Below are positions 51,435 through 64,000 of a stretch of 64,000 bases of DNA, one piece after another. Positions within the stretch are counted from its first letter, which is position 1; every line of letters begins with the position of its first letter. The notes under the pieces are model-generated. The model ran no database searches. It saw only the letters and a program-made list of their open reading frames with translations, and was not told the origin of the DNA. This DNA is from Takakia lepidozioides (Eukaryota > Plantae > Bryophyta): positions 46,996,001-47,060,000 of the forward strand of contig CM060734.1 of the NCBI GenBank assembly GCA_030704615.1, in the 5' to 3' direction. A program made the position numbers and the translations under genes.

Positions 51435-51720
51435 GCAACCAGCATGTAACCCAGTGGTAATGGGCACATACCACGTTGGATGTGGTTGTGGGTTCAAACC
51501 ACCGTCTGGTGTCATGAAGGTGTCCACCTTCCTCTTATAAGAGATTAAAAAATAGAAAAATAAAAAAATTCTTTAACGTCCAATGAATTTACAGAGCCTA
51601 CCGCTCACCACACAGGCCATCGAGGGCCCAATGGACGGTCTGAAGGCACATGTTGAAGGATTGAACCCAGGATCACCTAGGTTATGCACAGGCAAGACAC
51701 AAACACCCGACCACCTGCTC
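51435..51720. mobile_element. Two tRNA-derived SINE-like insertions, tail to tail
   Basis: Plus strand: TAACCCAGTGG and GGTTCAAACC boxes with A-rich tail. Minus strand: GGTTCAATCC box. Absent from copies A and B. Confidence 0.6.
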
Positions 51721-53156
51721 GAGAAAAAGCCCTACCCGTGTGATCTCTTCCCGTGATCCCTATGAATCAAGGAAAATCACGGATTCACGATCGATCCATT
51801 CAACAAACTCGAACCAAAGCTGCAGTCTGGCATGGCTGCGAGACTGAGAGTTATGGGATCTCTTTCCTGATGACTGTATCCCTACCGCGACGTGCAGGGG
51901 CGGCATGCGAGCAGTGGTGAAGGTGACAGCCTAAGCCTTTCCCTCCAAACGCGTGTACTCTGCCTCGGTCCGCCAGCGATGGTTGGAGACTTGACAGTAC
52001 GGCGATGTGCACTGCGTTGTCGATGCTCAGTTGGAACAATTCTAGCTGCCTTACTCATACTCAATTTGGTGTCATGGTCGGTGGCACAATTGGATCAGAA
52101 ACGCTGATCTACACCCTGAGCATGCTCTTGCAGGTCGGTGCAGGCCCATTGGAGCAACGTGCACAAAGCAAACGTGAAGATGACAGCATGAGCGTTTCTC
52201 TCCAAATGTCTTGGTCGTTCAACAACCTGATGCACTTGGTCGGTGCTCCGACGTTTGCATAGTGGAGAGTATATTAATTTAGGCTGGGCTTGATGTCCAG
52301 TATGTGACTGGAACATCTTGAGGAATTTTCGAAATTGTGAAGTTGATGGACTTGGGTTGCAAAATGTGCAAAGAGTTGCGTTTATCCCAAACTGCTTAAG
52401 TTGAGCTGGATATCCACTCTGCAATTGAGCTGGATTTTCTAAGTTGTGAAGATGACTAATTTCTGAGCCTTTCATCTGTCCAAACGTGTGTCTCACTAAA
52501 GAAGTTGCACACAGACTGCTCACTGGTTGCAGTACTACCAGTCCCTGCACTTTGAAAATGACACATCTAAACAAAGATTGATTCCACAGCAGACTAGTGG
52601 GTGACGATGAACCAGGTCCAAATTGCCACGATTGTACTTAATTGCAGTCCGGCCACCAGCTGTTGGTCGGTGAATATGACCTACACTCAGGCTCAAAACA
52701 TGATGGATGTGCCACGTATGGCTGAACAAATTAATCCAGACATGTCTGGCGACAACGGCTTGCAGGGGGCGGCTAAAGGAAACCAAAAAATTCAGAAAAA
52801 CAGGAAAGCGGCGCGCAGGCAACATCGATTTCACAGCAGCTCTGAATATGAGAGTCCAAGCCTTTACCTCCAAACGCGTGTCAATGCAGATTGGAAAAGA
52901 TCTTGAGGTGAGCAGCTAACTTATGCCCAGTAAGTTATGTACTGTGTGCAGATTTGAAGAAATTGTGAGGATTGGTTTCAATGGCGGATGTGACCCTGAA
53001 CCTTCAGAGCCTTTGCTCCAAACATGTGTCTAGCTGGTGGAGCCAATACGATTATTTTATCCTCAGATACTTGCACGAACTTGCAGGAGATGCCTGCAAT
53101 GAGAACAACGAGCTAGGGAGTACACTGATGTCGGTGCATCTATGCAGCTAGGTATC

Positions 53157-53869
53157 TGAAAAGAATCTGACTCTCTTTCCTCAGTCCAACTACAAAACAA
53201 TTTCAGGCGCTTTGCTTATCTTGCCGTTCATAGGGAATCTATCAGGATCCCAAGAAATCTGCTTGCTTGAATCAACAACAATATGGACTCATGTGACCAT
53301 CTTCTTTTATTCCAGTCACCATTCATTGACTCAGATCGTAACAGAGACCACACCAGTCCAACGATCGTTCACCCCTATTCTCCACGGAAGTGTATTCACA
53401 AGCCTTAAAGCAGATCTTTCTTGTCCCAAATAGTAACTAGAATCAAATCTGAATTGTCACTCTTCAAATCAACACCTGATGAAACTTAAGTCATAGGATT
53501 TACACCTTCGCTCTGTACAAAGGAGAAATCACAGTCCCTGCCGCTGCAAGGCACCAAAGGCCAGTGACATCTATTCCAACATCAACCTACACTCTAAAAG
53601 CACAGCACCGGCTACAGCATCCGGTCCACCCAGCCACCACGCCGTGCTACAACAGATTTCCTGTCCATGCAGATCCGCCCAAGACGCCTGTACGCCATCA
53701 GCATTTCTTCCACCACCTTGCCATCTCCCCGCATCAAAATCCCTAGCCCTGGATATCTTGCAAGTCTGCTCCATTTTACCTGCAACTGTCAGTTCGGCGA
53801 TATTCTAGCAGTCTCTTGTCGTTTCAAACTGGTGCTTGACAGGTCGATCTTCGTTCCTGGCACCTAACA
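53157..53869 (-). mobile_element. Solo LTR (713 bp) related to gypsy element 1 LTRs
   Basis: TG...CA termini, TSD GTATC; shares CATCCGGTCCACCCAGCCACCACGCCGTGC with about 37697-37726. Confidence 0.88.
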
Positions 53870-55006
53870 GTATCAGTGTACACCGTATCGATGCATGTAT
53901 GCAGCTAGGGATCAGTACACTGATGTCGGTGCATCTATGCAAAGCGTACCAGTTACCAGGTACCAGTTGCTAGTTATCGTTAATTACCTGTGCAACAAGA
54001 TGCAATGTTCAGCTATAAAAGAGCTCACTTGTTGCAGGATCCCTCAAACACTTGGGGCTTGCCCACAAGCGACGATGAACTCCTACACCTCTAGCTCCAA
54101 AATCTTGTGACCGGAACATTTGCTCTGTCTCAAAGCAGTCTCTAGCTCTAAAAAATTGTGGGGAACATTCCTCTGTCTCAAAGCAGTGGGTGAGCAACTA
54201 CGATCTTCTGTAATCTCTCTATGGTGTCCTGCCTACGTCATCTGCATGACTTCATGAACCTGCGATAAGTTAACCTTGGGCTGTATCCTTAGAGGATCCC
54301 TCAATCCTCAAAACTGTTCAGTGACCATATGCAAAGCACGACTAATTGTGAGTATGGAAAAGAGTCTACAGCGGATATAGGTTGGAGCATTCTTGCCAGT
54401 TCATGAGGAACGGGACTATGTCAGGACTGGCGCTTGCACAAGGTCGAATACGGTCACAAACCACCCTCTTCTGGTCACGGCGATATAGCTGATTGCTTCG
54501 CTTGTTAATTGCAGGGGGCCTTTCGTATATCCGTGCCAATTGGGCCTTTGCTGCTGGAGGTGGATTGGCATTCTGATATATACCGCATGCATCTGTGTCT
54601 CTCCACCATGTTCCCTTTGTTGTGGTATGAGACTCCCCACACAAGCCCAATAGCAAGCATGCAGTTGTGTAAGTAGTGAACTATGTGTGCGCATACTCTT
54701 GAAAAATGTATGTGCGGACTAATGAAAGGGTGGTGTGGAAAGTGGAAGGTACAGGGGAGGTACAGACAACACTTTTGGCACAGCTGCTGAAAATTGCCAT
54801 TGGTCTCCACATTGGAATTCTTGTGAATAATCTAGCCAAGGTAAAAATTTAGTGTCCTACTCTTACTTGGTTCCTATTGTGGAAGGGCGACCTGAGAGAG
54901 GGAGAGGGGAGAATGTACTCAGAAGACTTTTTTTGCCATATCTATGTGGCCATAGACCCACACCTAGCTTGGGCAGAACAAATTAAGGGAAGAGACACTA
55001 CCTTTG

Positions 55007-58000
55007 TATAACGTCCCTGTGAACTCGAACCTGCGACAGGCTTGGCAGGATGTTGAACGGTTCAGCAATCGTCGACGGCTGTATGGGGGAGGTGATGGGG
55101 AAGTCACGTGGAACAGCAGGTGGTGGCGATGTGGTGGCAAGCTTCCGTTGATCGAGACTAAAAGCTCAAATGACGATGGCTGAGAAGTGTACAGGGAGGA
55201 GATTAGGGACTCTCTTCTCCTGGTTTTTTTTCTTCTTAGAAGAGAGAGCTCGTAGATGTTGGCTGTATAGAGTGGGAAGATCTACGGCCATGGTGAACAG
55301 TGTCTACGAGTAGGGAAGAGAGACGATACAGAAGTGATGCATGGTGTGGCGGTTGGGAGGACTGGGTGTGTCCCGGTACCATGTGCAAATTCTAGAATTG
55401 GTTTATAGTTCCTGTTGAGTCAAGAATCATTGTGACTTGAAGGATCTGTACATAAAGTGAATGGCGGTGTTTGGCCATTCTTGGAATAAGACAAGAGGAA
55501 CGTAAGATCTTGGTATCAGAGCAGATTTCGACCTTTTTGGGATTTGTGGTTTATGAGCCAATTGACATTCGGCTCTGGAAGCTCGTTGCTTCAGTGGAAT
55601 ATTATCTCCAAAGGTAGCTGTAGCACATCTCAAGAGTCGATGAAAAGAGAGACAAGCCATACACAGGCTGCAGTTGAGAAAACACAAGAAATTGTTGTAC
55701 CAGAAGAACTTATCACTATGAAAGCGGGAGATCTAGCTCAGGTCATTCGCGAGGCGGTGGCTAGTGGAGTGAAGGAGGGCATAGCCGCTGTTGGCAAGAG
55801 ACCTACAGCAAATCCAACTCCACCGGTGGTGCCACCCGACCAGCAAGCAGTAGACCAACCAATAAGTGCTCCCCATAATGATCTGCATGCAAGAACTAGG
55901 ACAAAAAGAAAAGAGGCTAGAGGTGGTTCTGCCTCAGGTGCATCCTCACAGGATAGCCGCTCCATGATGGCAAGGGATTCTAGGAGAAAAACGGTTGACA
56001 AGGAAATTAGGAAGATGACACATCTTCCTGAATTCCACGGTCGCCCAAATGTACCTTGCACTGAGGTGCTGTCTTTTCTGGAGACTCTGGAAGAGTTCTT
56101 CAGTGAGGACTATACGGATGCAGATAAGATCTGCACAGCCTCATTGCAAATGAGAGGAAAATCTAAAGAATGGTGGATTAGAATGAAAGAGAAGCCGGGT
56201 CTAGAAGGGAGAGTGGACCTGATTACCACATGGGCTAAGTTCAAACGGGTCTTCAAAGAACAGTACCTGCCAGAGGATTATGCGCACAGGATGAAAATGG
56301 GTTTGATAGAACTTAGCCAGGGAAGAATGAGTGTGGCAGACTACAAGGTGAAGTTTGACGAACACGCTTCATACTTCTATTCCTTGAAGGAGTCTGACAG
56401 GGTGGATTTCTTCCTGACTGGGCTCGACAAAGCAATCAGATTTTTGGTTCAGGCATATGAGCCAAAGACAGAGGCTGATGCATATAGACTAGCTATCAAT
56501 TTTGAGAGCCAGCACAGAGCACATCTGGGTGCAAGTGCACCTACTGATAGGGATTTCAAGCCAAAGTCATTCCCTTTTGGTGGAGGTCAGAAAAGAAAGA
56601 ACTGGAAAAGGTTCAATAAGAAGACAACAAAGACTGAGCCTAGGGGTAATCAGAAGTTTGGAGCCTTAGCGACCAAACGCCTATCAGAGAAGGAACAGGA
56701 AGAACACCAATGGTTGGGTCAGTGTTTTATCTGTCATGAGAAAGGCCATCGGGCATTCGAGTGTCCCAAACGCGTACAACGCGCAACTGCAGCTGTGGTT
56801 ATGCAAGAGGTTGAGGATAAAATGGATGTGGATGCACCTGGGACGAGCAAAGGTAAACAACTGAGGATCTCAACGGCTGTGATGGGTAAAGAGATAGACC
56901 ATAATCCCACAGTCATACGATTAAATGGTCAGGTGGGAAGAGAAACCACGACTGTTTTGATTGACCCAAGAAGCAGCCATAACTTCTTGTCTCAAAATTT
57001 TGCAAACAAGTGCAAGCTGCAGTTGAAGGAGGTTGGCACCAGTACCATTCTGTTGCCCAATGGAGATGCAGGATCTACCAACAACATAAGCTTGGAGGTC
57101 CCTGTCACAATGCAAGGGATCACCACAGAGGTAGATTTTGAGGTCTGGGATGGCGCAAGGTACGACATCATCTTGGGAATGCAGTGGCTGGCAGCTGTGG
57201 ACACTCAAGTGGCATGCCGAAATTGTTCAGTGGAGGGGGTGTTGTCTGGTGGTAAGCGATTCAAGCTTACAGGTACGAGAGCCCTACCCAATGTTCCTTT
57301 GTTTCAGCCCTTCAAATGAAACGATGCATACGGAAGACAGCCGGTCAGCTGTTCTTTGTAAGCATTCAAAAGAATGAAGACGAAGGCATTGAAGTGGAGT
57401 TGAACAATCTCAATAGAGCAGATAAGGTCTTGTCTGAATTTTCAGATGTGTTTCCCAGTGATCTGCCTGGACTACCTCCTGGAAGGGATGTAGATCATGC
57501 CATTGAGTTGGTTCCTGAAGCAGTTCCTGCCTCTAGGATTCCTTATAGGCATTCTTTGGTGGAGAATGAAGAATTGGAGAGACAGCTGGCTGATTTGCTA
57601 GAGAAAGGTTATATCAAGCCTAGCAAGTCTCCCTGGGGAGCACCAGTGTTGTTCAAGAAAAAGAAAGATGAGACTTTAAGGTTGTGTGCGGACTACAGAT
57701 GGTTGAATAAACTAACCGTAAAGAACAAGTTTCCACTTCCTAGGATAGATGACTTATTTGATTACTTGCATGGTGCGCAAGTATTTTCAAAGATAGACCT
57801 ACGAAGTGGATACCATCAGATCCGTGTCAAAGACTCGGACACGTTTAAGACGGCCTTCAGAACTAGATTTGGCCACTATGAATATACAGTGATGTCTTTT
57901 GGACTCACAAATGCACCAGCCACTTTCATGTGCTTAATGAATACCTTATTCAGAAAGTATCTGGGGAAATTTGTGTTAGTCTTCATGGATGACATTTTAA

Positions 58001-60774
58001 TCTATTCCAAGTCTGAAGAAGAACACATAGAACACTTGAAAAGTGTCCTTGAGATTTTGAGAGAGAATAAACTCTATGCTAAGAAGAGCAAGTGTGAGTT
58101 TTTTGTTTCCCAGATGGAATATTTGGGATTTATAGTGTCAAAAGATGGCATTTTAGTTGATCCCAAGAAGGTAAAGACTGTGGCAGAATGGCCAGTCCCG
58201 ACGGATAGAACAGATGTGAGAGCATTCTTAGGACTTGCAAGCTTTTATAGAAGGTTTATAAAGGCATTCTCCAAGATTGCAGCCCCTCTCACTAGCCTGC
58301 TGAAAGGCTTAGGAGCGATTACCTGGACCGAGGATTGTAATGAGAGCTTTGAAAAACTTAAAGATATGTTAACACATGCTCCTGTCTTGAAATTAATGGA
58401 TTACAAGACAGGTGGTCTAGTACTTTGCACAGATGCGAGTGACCTGGCCATAGGAGCTGTGTTAATGCAACACGAACAGGTAATAGCTTATGAGTCTAGA
58501 AAACTAAGCCCAGCAGAGCTGAACTACCCAGTGCATGAAAAAGAATTGCTAGCCATCATACATGCCTTAAAGGTTTGGCGGCATTATATGCTGGGAATGG
58601 AATTTAAGATTGAGACAGACCATGAAAGCCTAAAGTATCTAGCTACACAACCCAACCTCAGTTGCAGACAATGTCGTTGGGTAGAGTTCCTCCAGCAGTT
58701 CTTCTTTGAATTGCATTATGTGAAAGGGAAAGAGAACGTGGTGGCAGATGCATTGTCCAGAAGAAAGTGGGCAACTGCTATTTCAGTGATAAGAAGCACT
58801 GTGATAGAAGAGATAAGGGGTCAGTATGCTAAAGACGCATATTTTGCTGGCCCATTTGAAAGCCTGTCTCGTGGGATTAAGACTCCTGATGAAATTGGCA
58901 AGTATCTTGCTTATCTGTTGAATGATGGGTTATTGTACTGTGATGGGCGTCTATGCATCCCTCAGGTTGCAGACTATAGACTAAAGATCATGTACGACTG
59001 TCATAACATACCCATTGCAGGCCATCCTGGCTTTCAGAAAACATATCTTGCAATTAGGAAACAATTTTTCTGGCCTGGGATGAAGAAGAACATATGAGAA
59101 TATGTTGAAAGGTGTTACCCTTGTCAGGTAACCAAGACAGAACAGATCAAGACTCTTGGACATTTGCAACCTCTGAATGTGCCCATGGCAAAGTGGGAGT
59201 CTATAAGTATGGATTTCATTGTCTCATTGCCTAAGACAAGAAATGGACATGATGCCATCTTTGTGGTAGTTGATCGCTTGTCAAAACAAGTGCATTTCAT
59301 ACCCACAAAGATGAGTGCAACTGCTATAGACACAGCTAATCTCTTTGTAAAAGAGATATACAAACTGCATGGATTGCCAAGAGAAATTGTGTCTGACAGG
59401 GATTCGAAGTTTACGAGTGGATTTTGGACTGCTTTGTTCAAAGCTTTGAATACCAGATTATGTTTTAGCAGTGCTTACCACCCAGAATCTGATGCTCAGA
59501 CAGATAGGACAAATAGAACCTTAGAAGACATGCTCCGAATGTATGTGGGGCAAAGGCAAAGCTCTTGGGAACAATATTTGCATTTTTGTGAGTTTGCCTA
59601 TAATAAGAACATGCATACAGCTATTGGGGTAAGCCCATTTGAAGCTGTTTACGGGCAAGATTGCTTGACACCAGCATCTTGGCATGTTTCAAATACTAAG
59701 GTCGAAAGTGTCAATCAAATGATAGCAAGGATGCAACAAGAGATGGACTTAATGAAAGATAACATGAGGAGAGCTCAAGAAAGGGCAAAGACCTATGCTG
59801 ATCAGAAAAGGTCTTTTAGAGAATTTGAGATTGGAGATCAAGTATTTTTTAAAGTGATCCCTAAGAAGAGCCAGTTGAGCCTAGGAAAGTGTTATAAGCT
59901 TTCCCCAAGGTACTGTGGACCTTTCAAGATTATCAAAAAGATTGGCAAAGTCGCCTACCAGCTGGAACTGCCTGTTAGGTGGAAGATACATGACGTATTT
60001 CATGTGAGCCTCTTAAGGAAATATGTTTCAGATCCCAGCCATGTTCTCCCAGACTTGCCGAAGGTCACAACTGAAGGAGAAATTGTGACAGAACCAGAAG
60101 AGATTCTTAAGGTAGAGGTGAAAACCTTGAGATCTCGTTCTTGGAACGAGTTCTTGATCAAGTGGAAGAATTACCCTGTAGAAGAATCTACATGGGAGAG
60201 AGAAGATGATCTTCGCAAGAATTTTCCCCAGTTCAGTATTGAGGACAATACTCCCTTATAGGAGGGGAGGTAATATAACATCCCTGCGAACTCGAACCTG
60301 CGACAGGCTTGGCAGGATGTTGAACGGTTCAGCAATCGTCGACGGCTGTCTGGGGGAGGTGATGGGGAAGTCACGTGGAACAGCAGGTGGTGGCAATGTG
60401 GTGGCAAGCTTCCGTTGATCAAGACTAAAAGCTCAAATGACGATGGCTGAGAAGTGTATAGGGAGGAGATTAGGGACTCTCTTCTCCTGGTTTTTTTTCT
60501 TCTTAGAAGAGAGAGCTCGTAGATGTTGGCTATATAGAGTGGGAAGATCTACGGCCATGGTGAACAGTGTCTACGAGTAGGGAAGAGAGACGATACAGAA
60601 GTGATGCATGGTGTGGCGGTTGGGAGGACTGGGTGTGTCCCGGTACCATGTGCAAATTCTAGAATTGGTTTATAGTTCCTGTTGAGTCAAGAATCATTGT
60701 GACTTGAAGGATCTGTACATAAAGTAAATGGCGGTGTTTGGCCATTCTTGGAATAAGACAAGAGGAACGTAAGA
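55007..60774 (+). mobile_element. Full-length, recent Ty3/gypsy chromovirus (element 2)
   Basis: 501-bp LTRs 55007-55507 and 60274-60774, about 8 differences counted by eye. TSD CTTTG. PBS TGGTATCAGAGC at 55511; PPT GGAGGGGAGG. Empty site in copy B at about 24370-24400. Confidence 0.97.
55640..60261 (+). pseudogene. gag-PR-RT-RNaseH-IN-chromodomain of gypsy element 2 (frameshift near 57300, stop at 59095-59097)
   Basis: CFICHEKGHRAFEC; VFMDDIL; TDASD; H-H-C-C integrase zinc finger; RYCGPF; FLIKWKNYPVEESTWE. Confidence 0.95.
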
Positions 60775-62339
60775 CTTTGTGAGGGGCTCACTCTAGTCTC
60801 ACTCTAGTAGGAGGACTTAGGCAATATGAACAATTTGTTTTGGCTTTCCACATTTCTCTAGAAAGCCCAGAAAGCCCTTCACACAAGCATCAATCAGTTT
60901 GTGATTTGCCCAGCAAGTAGATTGCAACACTAGCGCAGGCTTTAGGGTCACCTTGATCAAGATTTTGAAAGTTGCTGAATAGAGGTGCCAGGAATACATG
61001 TTCTTGATGTACCCAGGAACTGCAGGGTCGCGCTCTCTGATGAGAATACCCTAGAGATTGTGGATACAGAAGTGGATGTAGACTGGAAACAGTTTTTGCA
61101 AAGTTCTAGTTCTGTTTTGCTCCGACAATCTTTGAGCTATGAGAGAGAGAGAAATGAAATGAAATGGTGATTTATATGAGAGAGAGCGGGTGGTGAGGGA
61201 GCAAGGGTGTAAAGGAGGTACTTCCTTTGTCCAGAGACCTGAACCGTTTATATCTTGGTATTATAGAGATTTGAGGGAGGAACAGAGGAACATAAGTGTG
61301 AATGAAAGGAATGGGGGTTGTGACACGAGTGTGCCATGTGGAGGTGAATGTGGATGCATAACTTGCACAAGTTATGCAACAGAAGGGAGTAGGCTCTCAA
61401 TAGGTTAATTGCCACAATAGAAGGTCTATTCTCGGTCTATTGTGGCAAGGTCACACCACGTACAGGTCAACACCTTTGTATATCCTCTTTCTTGTAAGGT
61501 GCTTAGTTTTACAGTAATGTGTTTGAAGGGTTGAGCTAATGTCGAGTACTTGGTAACAGGATGTTGTGTTGTAGTACATATGAGGAGCTGATGAGGGCAG
61601 TAACACCTGCTTCTTCAAGAGGGAGGGTAGCTAGATCATATGCTGGTTTGAGTGTTGATCTAGTATGGCTCATGATCAGCTGTGCAATAGCCTTATGATC
61701 TCAATGATGAATCAGTAAGAGGTTTTAATATGTGTTGTCTGTCAACTATGTTTCCCTGCTTATGCATTTGGTCTTCAGAAATCAGAAATGCTTGGCAGCT
61801 TACCTACACGAGGTACTCACCCTTAGACAATCACTCGAACAATAGTTCTTATTGCCTTGCATGCTTACTCCCCTCCCCCACTCCCCCCACAACTCCCCCC
61901 CCCCTCCCTTCTCCACTGTCTCTCCAATCCTTTTCTTTGTGCCCCAGGCCTCAGACCAAAAAAGGTGTGGACCCTGGTCCTTGACTGCCACGCCAGTCAA
62001 CACAAGCTACTCCCAGGCTGGTGGGACACCCAAAACCCCCCATCCTCCCCTTCCTCCGTCCTCTCCCTCTCTTGCACTTTGTCTTGGGAACTCTCCAGGG
62101 CAGGGCTCTCACTTCACAAGGGTAAAATAAACCAATTTGTTCACCTGGGATGCAGCAGCAAACGAAAGAGATCTCAGTTAGTTTACCTTTGGCAACTGCC
62201 AACTCTCCTCCCCTCACCATCAGGCTTCAAGTGGGTCTCCACGCTTCCTCCCTCGGATAGGCACACCAAGTACACCTTCACGACAGCTTGGCCATCAAAT
62301 CATGGAGTACCCATGGGCCTTCCACCAACCCCCCCATGA

Positions 62340-64000
62340 ATCTATCTTTTTGCAAATGTAAGAGGCATGGGCTCTGAACATTCGGCTCCAAAAAGAGCTA
62401 GAATCAGACTGTGGGCAAGAGACTTCTTCAATAAAAATTCCATTATCCTGCTTCAGGAACACAAGCTCGATCAAGTGAAAATTGCCTCTCTAGGGGGTTT
62501 AGTTTGGCCTTTGGCTTCGGCATTCTGGAACCCTACAGTCGAACACTCAAGGGGGGGGACAACCTTTCTAATTTCTCCTTCTTTGAATCACTTGGTTCTG
62601 GCCACTGATATCTGGGTCCAAGGTCGGGTGCAATTTGTCTCCCTCAACGTAGGGCAATCGCTGGGTAAGCTGGGTCTTGAACATCTATGCACCAAATGAC
62701 ATTGATGAAAGGGTGGCTTTGTGGGATCTCATAAGAAATAAACTTTTGCAATTAAACGATATTTAGCATTGGCTCATAGGGGGGGATTTCAACATGGTGG
62801 AGGATGAAGATGACCGCCTCGGCCCTTCTGCTCATGCCTTGTCTGCTCTGAAAAAAAACTCCTGGGATTCCCTTTGTTTCACTATTGGATTGCTTGATGC
62901 TTCTGGCCCCAGTCAAGGTGAACTAAAATTCACCTGGTCTAACAATAGGAATCCTCCTAACTTGTGTCAAGCCAGACTAGACATGTTTTATTGCACTGCC
63001 TCTCTCTTGCAGTGGACGAAAAGGGCTCCCATTGACCCCATACAACCTGGCTTTGATCACTCTGCAATCTTAATGCTGCTCAGTACCCCAGGCGCCAGGG
63101 TCAAAAGGCAGGGGTTACTTCAAACTCAACCCAACAATCTTGAATGACCCGTTGGTAATTCAGTCTCTGGAAAATGCCTGGCGAACTACTTCCCTCCCCT
63201 ATTCCTCTCCGACACTGATCTACCTATCTAAGCTCAAACTAGTCAGGAAGTGTTGTCAGGAAATATCCAGGGAGCAGGCTGAGGAGAGATCCAGAAGACA
63301 AAAAGCTCTCACCAAATGTTTGCGAGTGTGTCAATATCAACTTTAGGCAAGCCGTGAAGGGCCTCAGACGCTGATCTCCTACAACACAGCTAAAAGAAAC
63401 TTGTCGCTGCTACTACATGCCAAAGAAAGCTTCATCAGAATCAAAGCAGGTGTTAATTGGTCGCTGAAAGGTGAAAAGATGAACAATTACTTCTTCGCCA
63501 AAGCTGCGCAAAGGAGAGCTGCCACTGCAGTGCCTGCACTAAAAGACCCGGTTACATGACTGCCAACAAACAACCCTAGGAATATGGCAATGCTGGCAGT
63601 AAGGTTCTTTGGGCAGCTATTTCAATGCCAGCCCCCCTCGGCCTCCAGAGATCAGGCGAGAGCTTTACTCATTCAAATGATCCCAGAGGCTCTTGGCGAC
63701 ACGGACAGGAACACACTCGTAGCCCCATTTACAGAGAGAGAATTGGGAGAGGCAGTGGAAAGCATGGCTTCAAACAAATCACCTGGGCTGGACGGTCTGC
63801 CAATTGAGTTCTGAAGGCCATGTGGGGAACAATAAGTGATGATTGCCAATGACATCTTCATTAAAAAGGTGATGCCATCCCAGATCTCGGAAGGGCTCAT
63901 TACTCTGATTTTCAAGAAAGGAGACAGGGATACCATGGCCAACTACCGCCCCATTACGCTTCTCAACTCCACCTACAAGATAATTGCAAAGGCTTTGGCT
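62340..64000 (+). mobile_element. Degenerate L1/Tx1-type LINE ORF2 (APE endonuclease plus start of RT), runs off the window
   Basis: NVRG, LLQEHK, IYAPND, GGDFN, DH, KSPGLDGLPIEF, NYRPITLLNSTYKIIAKALA. The Pro/Ser-rich stretch 61860-62339 may be an ORF1 tail. Confidence 0.92.

Larger units (their letters stand above)
50090..61760 (+). repeat. Backbone repeat copy C with upstream spacer (direct paralog of 12980-13550 plus 15520-17730)
   Basis: 50100-50630 matches 12990-13540. Internal tandem duplication 50645-50935 / 51018-51380. Interrupted by SINEs, a solo LTR and gypsy element 2. Confidence 0.85.

Noticed and set aside
57290-57320. Programmed gag-pol frameshift
   Set aside because: Element 1 reads through the same region in frame (PLMSAVQMKR), so this is more likely a mutation or sequencing error.

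Overview
This is TE-dense nuclear DNA from a non-seed land plant (inferred from PLS-class PPR sequence, a Replitron-type HUH transposase and a half-tRNA-primed copia). I found no intact host gene. The backbone is a degenerate gene-like unit of about 2-4 kb, with CCAAT/GC/TATA-like motifs at its head and B3-like remnants at its tail. It occurs five times in alternating orientation, and comparing copies reveals empty insertion sites. Nested insertions are: (1) a compact, apparently intact Replitron-like HUH/Y1 element (27070-28537) bounded by short direct repeats; (2) a non-autonomous CACTA (28787-36229, TSD ACT) carrying a scrambled gene with tandem OSB-type PDF ssDNA-binding motifs directly upstream of a PLS-PPR array; (3) two full-length chromodomain Ty3/gypsy elements with non-canonical LTR termini, one holding an in-frame 111-bp PPR+PDF-linker insert; (4) a truncated copia, two solo LTRs, a CACTA right half with a TnpA-like gene, two 8-bp-TSD non-autonomous DNA elements, tRNA-derived SINEs, RTE-X-like LINE fragments and an L1 running off the right edge. 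All assignments are by-eye motif recognition and manual alignment; no searches were run.
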